Assembly (NCBI RefSeq): GCF_001194135.2
Contig: NC_068984.1
Coordinates: 85,754,032 to 85,788,504, forward strand
Direction of reading: 5' to 3'
Source of the DNA: Octopus bimaculoides
Lineage: Eukaryota
DNA length: 34,473 nucleotides
Shown here one piece after another: positions 9,117-19,969 of the stretch. A program made the translations under genes and the position numbers. Every line of letters begins with the position of its first letter. The stretch's first letter is position 1. The notes below the pieces were generated by a model, which saw only the letters and a program-made list of their open reading frames with translations, was not told where the DNA came from and made no database searches.

Positions 9117-10084
9117 NNNNNNNNNNNNNNNNNNNNNNNNNNNNNNNNNNNNNNNNNNNNNNNNNNNNNNNNNNNNNNNNNNNNNNNNNNNNNNNNNNNN
9201 NNNNNNNNNNNNNNNNNNNNNNNNNNNNNNNNNNNNNNNNNNNNNNNNNNNNNNNNNNNNNNNNNNNNNNNNNNNNNNNNNNNNNNNNNNNNNNNNNNNN
9301 NNNNNNNNNNNNNNNNNNNNNNNNNNNNNNNNNNNNNNNNNNNNNNNNNNNNNNNNNNNNNNNNNNNNNNNNNNNNNNNNNNNNNNNNNNNNNNNNNNNN
9401 NNNNNNNNNNNNNNNNNNNNNNNNNNNNNNNNNNNNNNNNNNNNNNNNNNNNNNNNNNNNNNNNNNNNNNNNNNNNNNNNNNNNNNNNNNNNNNNNNNNN
9501 NNNNNNNNNNNNNNNNNNNNNNNNNNNNNNNNNNNNNNNNNNNNNNNNNNNNNNNNNNNNNNNNNNNNNNNNNNNNNNNNNNNNNNNNNNNNNNNNNNNN
9601 NNNNNNNNNNNNNNNNNNNNNNNNNNNNNNNNNNNNNNNNNNNNNNNNNNNNNNNNNNNNNNNNNNNNNNNNNNNNNNNNNNNNNNNNNNNNNNNNNNNN
9701 NNNNNNNNNNNNNNNNNNNNNNNNNNNNNNNNNNNNNNNNNNNNNNNNNNNNNNNNNNNNNNNNNNNNNNNNNNNNNNNNNNNNNNNNNNNNNNNNNNNN
9801 NNNNNNNNNNNNNNNNNNNNNNNNNNNNNNNNNNNNNNNNNNNNNNNNNNNNNNNNNNNNNNNNNNNNNNNNNNNNNNNNNNNNNNNNNNNNNNNNNNNN
9901 NNNNNNNNNNNNNNNNNNNNNNNNNNNNNNNNNNNNNNNNNNNNNNNNNNNNNNNNNNNNNNNNNNNNNNNNNNNNNNNNNNNNNNNNNNNNNNNNNNNN
10001 NNNNNNNNNNNNNNNNNNNNNNNNNNNNNNNNNNNNNNNNNNNNNNNNNNNNNNNNNNNNNNNNNNNNNNNNNNNNNNNNNNNN

Positions 10085-11565
10085 AAGCTCGTAGGGTAGA
10101 CCATCCAACCCCGGCGATTTGTCCCTCGAGCATTCTGCCATCGCGTCCCGCACTTCCGCCGCCGTGATGGTACCTTCGCAGAACTCTGCCTCTCTTGTCG
10201 GGAGTCGTGGCAGGCTGTGCAGGTAGGCACTGAAGTCCACTCTGCGTTCTCGCACGCCACTCGTCCCGAACAGTCGGGAAAAATGCTGTTGAAAGGCCTC
10301 ACACGTTTTACTTGGCTCGAGTAATTCGCGCCCCTGTTCATCAACCAGAGACCTAATGGTGGCTTTGTTGCCTCGTTGCGTCTCCGCCACCCGGGCCTCT
10401 CACGTTCCTTAGAGCACGCATCTTAGCCCTGACAACACAACCTTCATGTTTGGCGTTGAAGTGTTGGTCGAGGGTCAACCTCGCCGCCAAACCGTCGGAT
10501 GCGATGCTACTTCTAATCACCTCTTCTAGCTTCTTAACTAGGTCACCCTCTACTGTTTCTATCTATGGCTAGTGCTTTGCTATACCTAATCGCTTCTGCT
10601 TTTATTGCTCTCTTGAGGGCAAACCACCATTTGTTGTTGATGATGACTCTCGCCAAAGCCCTCTTTACTAGCGTGCTAATCCGGTCTCTGAAAACCTGTC
10701 TCGACAGGAAAGACACGTTTAGTTTCCAGTAACTGGGACCCTGCCTATGTGTCTTATCTAAGTCCAGCGTGCACGTTACAAGTTTGTGATCCGTGTAGCT
10801 GACTATGTGGAATTGTGGACACCCTACGCTATCTCTATCTACTGTCCTACACAGTATCCTATTTAAATACGATCTCGACGACCCGATGCGGTTGCTCCAT
10901 GTCCACGTTGGCGTATTCGCGTGATCGAGTCGGTACCTGTCAGACAGTTGAAAGCATCTGAGCAGGTCTCTAAGGCATTTGCATCCCCCTCTATTCCTAT
11001 CTCTGCTCACCTAGTCTAGATGCGTTTCCAAGGTAGCATTCCAATCCCCCACCAAAAGTAAAGGACGAGGCGTTCCTAGGAATACTTCTAGACGTCGAAA
11101 GAAATCCAGCTGACTTGTTAAAGGCAGTGCGTAGACTGATACGAGTCGAAAAGCGCACCCATTGCAGCCGTAGACATTCAGGACAACCAGACTACCCCCA
11201 CCCCCGGTCTACGAATATTGTCTTTACTTCTAGATCCAGACTCTTGCGAAAAAGTACTGCCGTACCACTACCGCCCATTCTCGGCAGACAGGGAGAAAAA
11301 TAAATGTTAAACTGTCCACCAAACATGGACAAGTCTGGCATACAACTGTAAAGCTCGTAGGGTAGACCATCCAACCCCGGCGATTTGTCCCTCGAGCATT
11401 CTGCCATCGCGTCCCGCACTTCCGCCGCCGTGATGGTACCTTCGCAGAACTCTGCCTCTCTTGTCGGGAGTCGTGGCAGGCTGTGCAGGTAGGCACTGAA
11501 GTCCACTCTGCGTTCTCGCACGCCACTCGTCCCGAACAGTCGGGAAAAATGCTGTTGAAAGGCCT
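10085..11565 (-). mobile_element. L1/Tx1-clade ORF2 segment (APE endonuclease, linker, start of RT), rearranged
   Basis: GTAVLFRK...VYA...LLLVGDWNA...TWTWSN...SYLNRIL...YTDHKLV...YWKLN...KSPGLDGLPYELY. 10085-10299 is identical to 11351-11565. Confidence 0.9.
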
Positions 11566-11566
11566 T

Positions 11567-11690
11567 AGTTTCTGTCTACCAAATTCACTCATAAAGTATT
11601 TGTTGGCTCGGGGCTATAGTAGAAGACACTTGCCCAAGCCGCCAGACAGTGGGACTGAACCCGATCTCATTTGGTTGATCGTAGAAAACG
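11567..11690 (-). mobile_element. tRNA-derived SINE family C, 5' fragment
   Basis: GTTTCTGTCTACCAAAT...CTATAGTAGAAGACACTTGCCCAAG...ACTGAACCCG, homologous to 12120-12200. Confidence 0.65.
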
Positions 11691-11861
11691 CAGAAAGTGA
11701 AAAACGGAAAACGAAAATACAAAAACTAAAATGTAGAAAGTAGAAAGTAAAAAAGGAAAAGAGCTATCCTCTTTAGACCTGAAATTATAGGGCTGGAAAG
11801 ATATTAACAAGTCAGTCAGGAATAGGCGGAATTTTCTAATTCTTCAAAATATATTTATACA

Positions 11862-12232
11862 TATACTCTCTTTACTCTTTTACTTGTTTCAGTCATTTGA
11901 CTACGGCTATGCTGGAGAACCGCCTTTAGTCGAGAAAATCGACCCCAGGACTTATTCTTTGTAAGCCTAGTACTTATTCTATCGGTCTCTTTTTGACGAA
12001 CCGCTAAGTTACGGGGACGTAAACACGCCAGCATCGGTTGTCAAGCGATGGTGGGGGGACAAACACAGACACACAAACACACATACATATATATATATAC
12101 ATATATACGACGGGTTTCTTTCAGTTTCCGTCTACCAAATCCACCCACTTGCCCAAGGTGTCACGCAGTGGTACTGAACCCGGAACCATGTGGTTCGTAA
12201 GCAAGCTACTTACCACACAGCCACTCCTGCGA
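11862..12232 (-). mobile_element. tRNA-derived SINE family C, near full length, internal deletion, (TAAAAGAG)n tail
   Basis: Minus strand begins GGAGTGGCTGTGTGGTAAG...GGTTCCGGGTTCAGTACC; internal CA/TA microsatellite. Confidence 0.8.
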
Positions 12233-12419
12233 CTATACTTGCAACCACTGAAAATTTCAGACCTAGAGTTCAGTAGAGAGTTGGGGACCTTAGATATGAA
12301 CAGGATCTGCGTTCTTTTCGCTAAACAATTTCCGAGAAAGCTGCCCCCTATTATAATATAGGAAAGTTGGTTATACATCATTAGATGTATACCTGACTTT
12401 CCTATATAAAATTAAGAAA

Positions 12420-12742
12420 TATAACGGAACGCTGAACTCCAGACTATCAACTTAAACAACATTTATTCAGGTGGTAAATATATACATCTTTTGCTCTTGT
12501 TGTTACAGCTTCTGATTGTGTGAGCATAGTTGTTGGGACGTTGTTATGTAGGTGTAAGCGAGCTGTCGAGTGATAGCTATACACGTAAAAGGGACTGTCT
12601 CCAGAGTTGGGTGTTGGAGACACTTCTTGACACGTCCATGCTCTATTGCTGGCCAGCAAGAAAGAGAATGAATTTAGCGGGAACGCTTGGTTGTTTAATT
12701 CTACGCATGCGTGAGACTACGCATGCGCACGGCGTTACTACA
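12420..12742 (-). mobile_element. Possible solo LTR
   Basis: Minus strand runs TGTAGTAACG...AATAAA...CCGTTATA, a TG..CA-like pair of ends with one substitution; no clean TSD. Confidence 0.3.
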
Positions 12743-12780
12743 ATAACAATGCTTTAGCCAATAGTGACTTCAAAGATTCT

Positions 12781-12979
12781 ATCCATTAACATAAGATATG
12801 GATTTCTCAATTACTTTTCGTTATGTTTCGTTGTCTTCCAAAGTCCATACGTAGCTAGCCAACTTAGTAGCTTTACTTTTGTCTTAATGTCAGAAGGTAG
12901 CTATATGATTGGCATAGTGATTTTTAAGTTCACCATAACATAATCCAATATAGGTCTTCATATCTGTTGTCAAAACATT
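12781..12979 (-). mobile_element. Penelope-like GIY-YIG endonuclease fragment
   Basis: MKTYIGLCYGELKNHYANHIATF*H*DKSKATKLASYVWTL matches the Penelope pattern YIG...F/LK.RY.NH..SF...T.L..Y.W.L; stops are present. Confidence 0.75.
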
Positions 12980-13035
12980 AAACTAGGATTTTATAAAATA
13001 AATTATCTTTCTCGTACTCCTTCTCCTCCTTGTGA

Positions 13036-13127
13036 GCATGCGCAACATCTTTGGTTACTATGGAAACTGTTCTTCGTAATCAGCTATGCAACACGTGGTG
13101 CTTCTTTACTTTGGTTACTATGGAAAT
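13036..13127. promoter_or_regulatory. Motif cluster: two RFX X-box-like sites, an NRF1-like site and an E-box
   Basis: GTTACTATGGAAAC (13054), GTTACTATGGAAAT (13114), GCATGCGCA (13036), CACGTG (13092). May be repeat-derived. Confidence 0.25.
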
Positions 13128-13311
13128 AGAAAGTTTCACCACAGTAATATATAAAATATTCGCTTCTGGTTGGCTAAAATACCCAAATTTTGCAAATTTT
13201 AAAGGCTAATAAATTTTTAATTCTGGATTTACAGGGGAAATGAATTTCATTTTCATAATTAGTATACAAAACTTAATCCATATACCAAATTTGAAAACAA
13301 TTGGAACAAAA

Positions 13312-13684
13312 TTGTTGTTGTTGGCACTCCGTCGCTTACGACGTCGAGGGTTCCAATCGATCCGATCAACAGAACAGCCTGCTCGTGAAATTAACGTGCA
13401 AGTGGCTGAGCACTCCACAGACACGTGTACCTTTAACGTAGTTCTCGGGGATATTCAGCGTGACACAGTGTGACAAGGCTGACCCTTTGAATTACAGGCA
13501 CAACAGAAACAGGAAGTAAGAGTGAGAGAAAGTTGTGGTGAAAGAGTACAGCAGGGTTCGCCACCATCCCCTGCCGGAACCTCGTGGAGCTTTAGGTGTT
13601 TTCGCTCAATAAACACTCACAACGCCCGGTCTGGGAATCGAAACCGCGAGTCCGCTGCCCTAATCACTGGGCTATTGCGCCTCC
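13312..13684 (-). mobile_element. SINE family A, copy 2
   Basis: Homologous to copies 1 and 3; TSD AACAAAATTGT at 13305-13315 and 13685-13695. Confidence 0.9.
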
Positions 13685-13879
13685 AACAAAATTGTAAACA
13701 ATGACAAAAACCACAAAGATCCTTATTCTGATCAATACTAGAGGGGTTATGCATTACTTTATCTTCGATGCCACTAGATCTATTATTATTATTCTGATAA
13801 TTATTAGCGAGATTATATATAATTTATCTTTGATGTCACTATTGGCTATGGCATTGTTATAATAGGAGTCAGCTTTCTC

Positions 13880-14520
13880 GAAAATGTCTTTCGAGGAAGA
13901 GAGTTTACACACTCTGTTACTAATATTAGCTATCAGGTTTTTAAATATTACAGGGTGGTGGGGGGGACAAGACTGTTTATGTATATATGCGAGTTTCTCA
14001 TTAGGCTTATGGAAAGGTTTATACGCGGAGGAGTTGAGATCTAGGGAAACAAAGTTTATAATACCATTTTGACACAGCGATCTCCATTTTGTTCGTTCAA
14101 AGGCTGTTCACTCAAAGATGTTGTAAGAGGTTACTCTTCAGCTTGTCCTTATATCTGAGCTATGGTCGACCAACATTCCTGTGTCCACTCTCAAGCTGGC
14201 TGTACATGAGGACTTTAGGTATTCTTTCGTTACTCATTCTGACGACATGACCAGCCCAGTCCAATTGTGATTGGATAAGGAAGCTCTCAATTCCACCAAT
14301 CTTACACTTGCTAAACAAGTCGGCATTCGAAACTGTTTTTTAGTGAATAACCGGAGATTGTCCTCAGACAGTCTTTGTGGAAGATGTCTAGTTGGTTAAT
14401 GTGTCGCCTATAGGGTATCCACGATTCTGAGCTATACAAGAGAGTAGGAAGAATGGCTGCTTTATAGACCTGTACTTTGGGGTCAAGTTTGATGCCCCTT
14501 TCATTCCATAAGCGAAAAGA
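13880..14520 (-). mobile_element. RTE-clade LINE 3' fragment
   Basis: LWNERGIKLDPKVQVYKAAILPTLLYSSESW...then, frameshifted, WAGHVVRMSNERIPKVLMYSQLESGHRNVGRP*LRYKDKLK. Confidence 0.85.
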
Positions 14521-14797
14521 ACGCAGAAAATAATGTTAGGATTTTCAAGCTTCAGTCATGAAATTTTTTTTTTGTCAAATGTTATTATTTATAGATATAA
14601 GCTATATAATGTCAAAATTAGATCCGGACTTGGGGCGTTGGCCTCAACACCACACTCAGACGATTGCCCAGAGAATTAACTAAAGCTGCTTCATGTTCTC
14701 ATGTTCAACTACAGTGTCATCAGTAACCTTTTTCCCGATATCTCCTCGCCCTCATTACAACCACTTAGAGACTTCTTTGGTTTATCATAATACATAC

Positions 14798-14806
14798 CTG
14801 CTCCTC
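14798..14806 (-). other. Candidate 9-nt microexon (GAGGAGCAG; EEQ in phase 0)
   Basis: Minus strand: TACTAAT...ATTTTGCCCTTCTGCCCTAATCAG|GAGGAGCAG|GTATGT. Confidence 0.3.
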
Positions 14807-15129
14807 CTGATTAGGGCAGAAGGGCAAAATAACTAGTTCGATTAGTAATACATGCATACATACTGACCGACAGACAGACATACATACATATGTTGTTAAA
14901 TAATCATAATAGCATATTTTATTGCTCTTCACTGCTGTCGTATGTCTGCACTTCGACAATAACTAGTCGAGCATATTTGTGTACGTGCGAAAGGTTGTTG
15001 GAATGATGGTGGTAGTTACGGGACAGTGGTGGTGGTGGTGTTTCTTGTGAAAAGTTGATAAAGGAGTGGCTGCATTAATAATGTGTCTTGATTGAGAAAA
15101 GTTGTGGCGGTGTTGGCATGGGGAGGTGC

Positions 15130-15550
15130 GTCCCGAGCAGTAAATTTTCTTTTACAGAAGTCGTAATTTAACCCTAGGCCAGTTCCTCTTAAGCAGAACT
15201 TATCAAAGACGTTTTAGCTATGACCATACATTGTTTTATTTTTATTTTGGGGGAGGGAATAGTATTTGAGATAAGAGTATCTTTATTTAAGATAGTGAAG
15301 GTATGATTTGAGGGAGTTTTAGTTACTACTTTAACAGGTCAAGCGACGTATATAGGCTTCCTGTTTGGCTTGTGAGACTTTGATGTATAGCTGTAGGTGA
15401 TGATGTTTCAACTCAAGTCGGATCGAATCAAACAGACCCATAATCACAGATAATCTAGCCATGACTGCCCAGTCTTTCATTAATTTTTTTTTTTTTTTTT
15501 TTTTCCAGATAAAGTGTATTCAAGACATTATTACCAGTCAAGACAACACC
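15130..15550. repeat. Two diverged pieces of an unclassified interspersed repeat
   Basis: Both pieces show AGC(C/T)ATGAC followed by a T-rich tract and a GTGTAT/AGTAT block (~15215 and ~15457). Confidence 0.35.
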
Positions 15551-15551
15551 G

Positions 15552-15728
15552 CAGTGGTTCCCAGTATTTCAAGAATAGGATCCGCAGAAGTGACCCTTTT
15601 ATTAAAATGGATTGTCCCATGGACCTAAGGTCAGTCTACTCAACTAATTTTGAAGTCAAATCAAGGACCTTCCAATATTACTTTTACAGAACCCAAGGGA
15701 TCCGCCTACCCCAGGTTGGGAACCGCTG
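15552..15728. mobile_element. hAT-type MITE
   Basis: Termini CAGTGGTTCCCA and TGGGAACCGCTG (11/12 inverted match); no 8-bp TSD retained. Confidence 0.6.
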
Positions 15729-16052
15729 TTATAGGACATATACTTAGTGGGAATTTGGTTACTGTTTCTTGAAAGTCGAGCGTCGGTGCTGTTATTACCT
15801 TTAGTGCTGTTATTACCTTTAGTAGTGGTGGTGGTGGTGAGACTTTGTAAACATTTTTGTTGTCGCTTTTGTCGGTATCGGCGTTGGTTGTGTAAGAAGA
15901 AATAATAGTTGCAGTGGTTGTTTTCAATTGAAGCCAGCCAATCATTTGCTTTAAAATAAATTTACCGGATTTTCCCAATATGTTTTGACATATAAGTACA
16001 TTCTTTATATTTCTTTTTGTTTTCTTTCTGTTTCTTTATACCCCGTCCTCAG

Positions 16053-16106
16053 TCCTACATACACCTTTCATTCAATAATACATTTTTCGAACACAAACCT
16101 GTACAG
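16053..16106 (+). other. Candidate 54-nt internal exon of an unknown host gene
   Basis: ~50-nt polypyrimidine tract, CTCAG acceptor and CAG|GTGAGT donor; open in two frames (SYIHLSFNNTFFEHKPVQ or xPTYTFHSIIHFSNTNLYx). Confidence 0.4.
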
Positions 16107-16198
16107 GTGAGTACTAATTTTCCTTTCTCTTTTTCTCGAAAATATTTATAAAAATAGAAAGTATTGAATATATACGAGATATCAGTTTTATTAGTATG

Positions 16199-16378
16199 TG
16201 AGAGTGCAGCACACGCCACTAAAATATTGCTAGGGTACAAATATATGAAATCCATTATACCCATCATGACTACCCGACTGATAGGGGTAGACCGGAAATT
16301 TCCATCACAACCACATTTGAGCGACATGGTGCCCTTATATCTAGATAAACAGCGCATGACCTTGTAGATGTGGCCCAT
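16199..16378 (-). mobile_element. Truncated, diverged third copy of the ~550-bp element
   Basis: Shares CCATCATGACTACCCG.CTGATA.GG and GATAAACAGCGCATGAC; followed by ATTATTATC. Confidence 0.65.
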
Positions 16379-16395
16379 ATTATTATCATTGTTTT

Positions 16396-16540
16396 TAAGT
16401 TCCGCCGAGGTTGACTTTGCCTTTCATCTTTTCGAGGTAGATAAATTAAGTAACAGTGAAACGCTGGGGTCGGTGTAATTGACAAGTCCCCTCCCTACAA
16501 AAATTCAGGCCTTATACTTTTAGTAAAAAGGATTATTATT
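16396..16540 (+). mobile_element. SINE family B, 3' part with (ATT)n tail
   Basis: GACTTTGCCTTTCATC.TTTCG.GG..GATAAA.TAAGTA.CAG, homologous to 24734-24945. Confidence 0.75.
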
Positions 16541-16789
16541 GAAACAAAACTCAGGTTTTGTCTTATCTCTCCTACATAAGACCAAATCTCATGTTTGGTC
16601 TTATGTACGTAGCGGGTTACTACCTATAAACTTAGGTATCCACACGCTTTCGGAAGTGCTTAGAACCCGCCTGATAATACTTGCTGTCCTTAAGAGGCAA
16701 ACTTTCTGTAGGAGCTCTACCGGGCATTCTATTTCAATCTTCTTCGGCCACTTGTCTATACCTTGGTTTACTCTTCCCAACACATCAAT
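16541..16789 (-). mobile_element. R4/Dong 3' fragment
   Basis: RVNQGIDKWPKKIEIECPVELLQKVCLLRTASIIRRVLST plus 3' UTR; (ATT)n at the 3' flank and (CTT)n(ATT)n at the 5' flank. Confidence 0.8.
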
Positions 16790-16802
16790 TCTTCTTCTTC
16801 TT

Positions 16803-16873
<71 letters not shown>

Positions 16874-16929
16874 CATTATTAAGTTTCGATAATATAGGTA
16901 TTAATAATTTTCCTATGTTGATTAAACCG

Positions 16930-17065
16930 GACAACGTCACCTTAGCATTTCAACCTTTTGGGATCTATATAATAAAGTACCAGTAAAGTACTGAGGTCAA
17001 TAGAATCAACTAACGTCCTTCACTCAAAATTACTAGCCTTGTGACAAAATTTGAGATCATTATTA
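16930..17065 (+). mobile_element. SINE family B, diverged 3' fragment
   Basis: AAGTACCAG...ACTGAGGTCAAT...AAAATTTGAGATCATTATT. Confidence 0.55.
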
Positions 17066-17241
17066 TTATCATCATCGTCTTTATACTAAGGATCACACAT
17101 TGTTGATTTTTAAAATTTTGATAGTCTTGTTTACACGCAAAACCCTCACAGCACACACTCACACATTCTTTTATTTTGTTTTATGCTGTCCATGATGTTT
17201 TTCTTAATGTAAACCTCTGTGGTTAATAAAGAAATTATTAC

Positions 17242-17278
<37 letters not shown>

Positions 17279-17302
17279 GTTGTTGTTGTTGTGGTTGTTG
17301 TT

Positions 17303-19942
17303 ATGTTTGTCTTTTGCTTTTTAATTGTACAAGTTGACTCCAAGTCTCACCCAGAGACCTCAAGAGACAAGTTTGAAGTTCATGCTGGTGTTATGCCTAG
17401 GGTGCAATATATTTGGTTCTGTACATAGTGTTGTTCTAGAGAATGTTGAAGAAAACATAAGAAAATTATGTTTGTTTTAAAGTTTGAGATTACATAGACA
17501 GTATTTTACGTAGGAAATGGGCATTTCCCATGAGCACTATCTTTTGAATGTCTGCCATTGTGTAGTTTCCTGGTATCTGAGCTAGGTCGGAATCAACCCC
17601 TTTTGCTATCATTCCTAGAACACCTATGACAACAGGTGTTGTTTTAGCCTTGAGTTTCCACATTTTGCCAATTTCTATTTCAAGATCTGTGTACTTGCTC
17701 AGTTTCTGGTAGGTCTTGACAGATACATTTATGTCGATTGGATCAGTCATATCAGTGAGGAGGCATGATTTTTATCTGAAGTCTTTCAGTATAATGTCTG
17801 GCCTATTCGCATTCTATCTTCCTGTCAGTTTGAACGGTGAAGTGCCAGAGGAGTGAGATGCGATTATTTTCAAGCGCTGGATGTGGTTTGTGTTCCCACC
17901 AGTTTTTATCATGGGGCAGGCCCAGGCTTTTGCAAATTACCCAGTGAATATATTGTGCTGCTCTTTCATGCCTGTTGAGATACTCTGTAGGCGCAAGAAG
18001 ACTGCACATAGAGGCCACATGATCAATGGTTTCATTTTGTTGTTGAGATACACGACATGTTGGGCTACTGCCGTTCTTTAATATGTTTGCCTGGTAGTTC
18101 CTTGTAGGTAGGCATTGATCTTGAGCTTCTGTGATAAACCCTTCTGTTTCTGATTTTAAGCCAGAAGACACTAACTATTGATGAGTAAGGGCTCTGTCAA
18201 CATCGGCGCTATTTGCCATTGAGAGGTTTTTCTTGTCATTTATCAGTAAGAATATCTAAGGCAGCAGTTTTAGCACGGGTTTTCATACGCTTATCTGTTT
18301 CTGTGCTTGTTTCCAGAACGTCTAATTCTGGGATTTGTTGTATTAGGAATTCACCCAGTTATTCCTTTGCCTGTTTTGCTATTGAGTATGATGCTTTCAT
18401 GCTTTAAGACAAGTTTTAACGTCCAGTCATCAGAGTTTTTCAGGTAGGTGTTTAGGTCAATTGTGGCAATCTTCATTGTTAATTCCAGTTGTAAAAGTTC
18501 AAAGCCATCCTCTTTTCTTGGCAGGTAAAGTAGTTCTATATCTGCCTTAGGGCAGTGCATTCTATGCATTGTCAACAATTTTCGTATTTTTCTGTCAAGA
18601 TTACATATTTCAATAATTGACCAGTTAATGATATTGAAACTCTAAGTCACGACTGGTATGACTAAAGTACTGATCACTTCGATCCTCTTTCTTGCATTCA
18701 GCTCTGTCTTGAGTATTGCCCTTACCCTGCAATAACATTCTCTTCTGATCCTTTCCCCTCATCATTGAATGTTTGATTCCGTCTCCTTCAAATACCCCTA
18801 GGTATTTGTAGCTCTCGCTGATTCTAACCCCTTTATAACTTTCTGCTGGTTAAGATTTACGTTGGATGTTTCTGTCATTTTTCCTTTGATAAAGGTAGTT
18901 TTTGCACATTTATCGAGGCCAAATTGCATCCTTATGTCATCACTGAATTGTTTAACAATCGCTAGTAAGCCATATAGTTGTTGGTCATATTTTGCGAAGA
19001 GCTTTAAATCATTCATGTAAATGAGATGACTTATATTTTTATCAAACATTTTATAGCCGTATTGTACATCATCGAGTAATTTCGAGAGAAGTATTAAGGC
19101 TAGACAAAAGGGGAGTGGTGATAGAGTCACACTGGAAAATGCCACATGAAATTCTTACATCTCCAGCATTGAGAGATTCGCTATCACTGTTCAAAGTCAG
19201 TGTGGTTCTTCATAATCTCATATTTACAGACAAGAAGTTTTGCAGAGTAGGTGCTATTTTAGACATTTCCAGACATTTCTTAATCCAGCTATGTGGTAGA
19301 CTATCAAAAACTTTTTTATAGTCTATCCAGGTTATCAACAAGTTTTTGTGTCGTTTGTGACAATCTTTCAAGATCATCTTATTGATAAGTAGCTGATCTT
19401 TACAACCATAGGACCAAGTTTACATTCTTTTTGTTCATTAAGGAATATGCCACATTTTATTAAAAAAAACTATAGGTATATTCAGTCAAGACAGATGTTA
19501 ATATTTTATACATTGTTGTTAAGAAGGTTATGAGTTTATAATTTTTTGGTTCATTTGTTTCTTCATATTTTTTTTTTAAGTAGGAATGTAACACCATTAA
19601 CTAGCCAAGAGGAAATCATTCTAGGTTGTTGTAAAACGTTGTAAAGTTTTGTTAGCAGTTCATGGCTCTCTGGGAAAGTATTCAACCAGAAGTTAGGAAT
19701 TTTATCTTTTCCTGGAGACTTCTGCTTGCTTGACTTCCTGAAGTCAGATCTTACATCTTCAACCTTGATACCCTCCCACTTTTGCTCTTCTAAAGAGTCT
19801 AAGTCTGTAGATATTCTATCAATCTAAGGGACCTTTTTATTGTTTTTTTTCTTCTGCTCAAATTTTATTCCCAAATTCCTGCACTTCTTTTGGTGGAACA
19901 GACTTTACTGTAACTGGTATTTTCCCTATCTTCCTGTTAAAA
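17303..19942 (-). mobile_element. R4/Dong-clade LINE, 5'-truncated and decayed (RT, CCHC, RLE nuclease)
   Basis: KSPGKDKIPNFW; IYMNDLKLF (the YxDD site); CRVSQQQNETIDHVASMC; KYTDLEIEIGKMW...VVIGVLG...IQKIVLMGNAHFLRKILSM. (ATT)n/(GTT)n at both ends. Confidence 0.9.
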
Positions 19943-19969
19943 TATTATTATTATTATTATTATTATTAA

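Noticed and set aside
15509-15629. 121-nt plus-strand exon after a poly-T acceptor
   Set aside because: The T-tract appears to belong to an interspersed repeat and two thirds of the exon is the hAT MITE; exonisation cannot be excluded.
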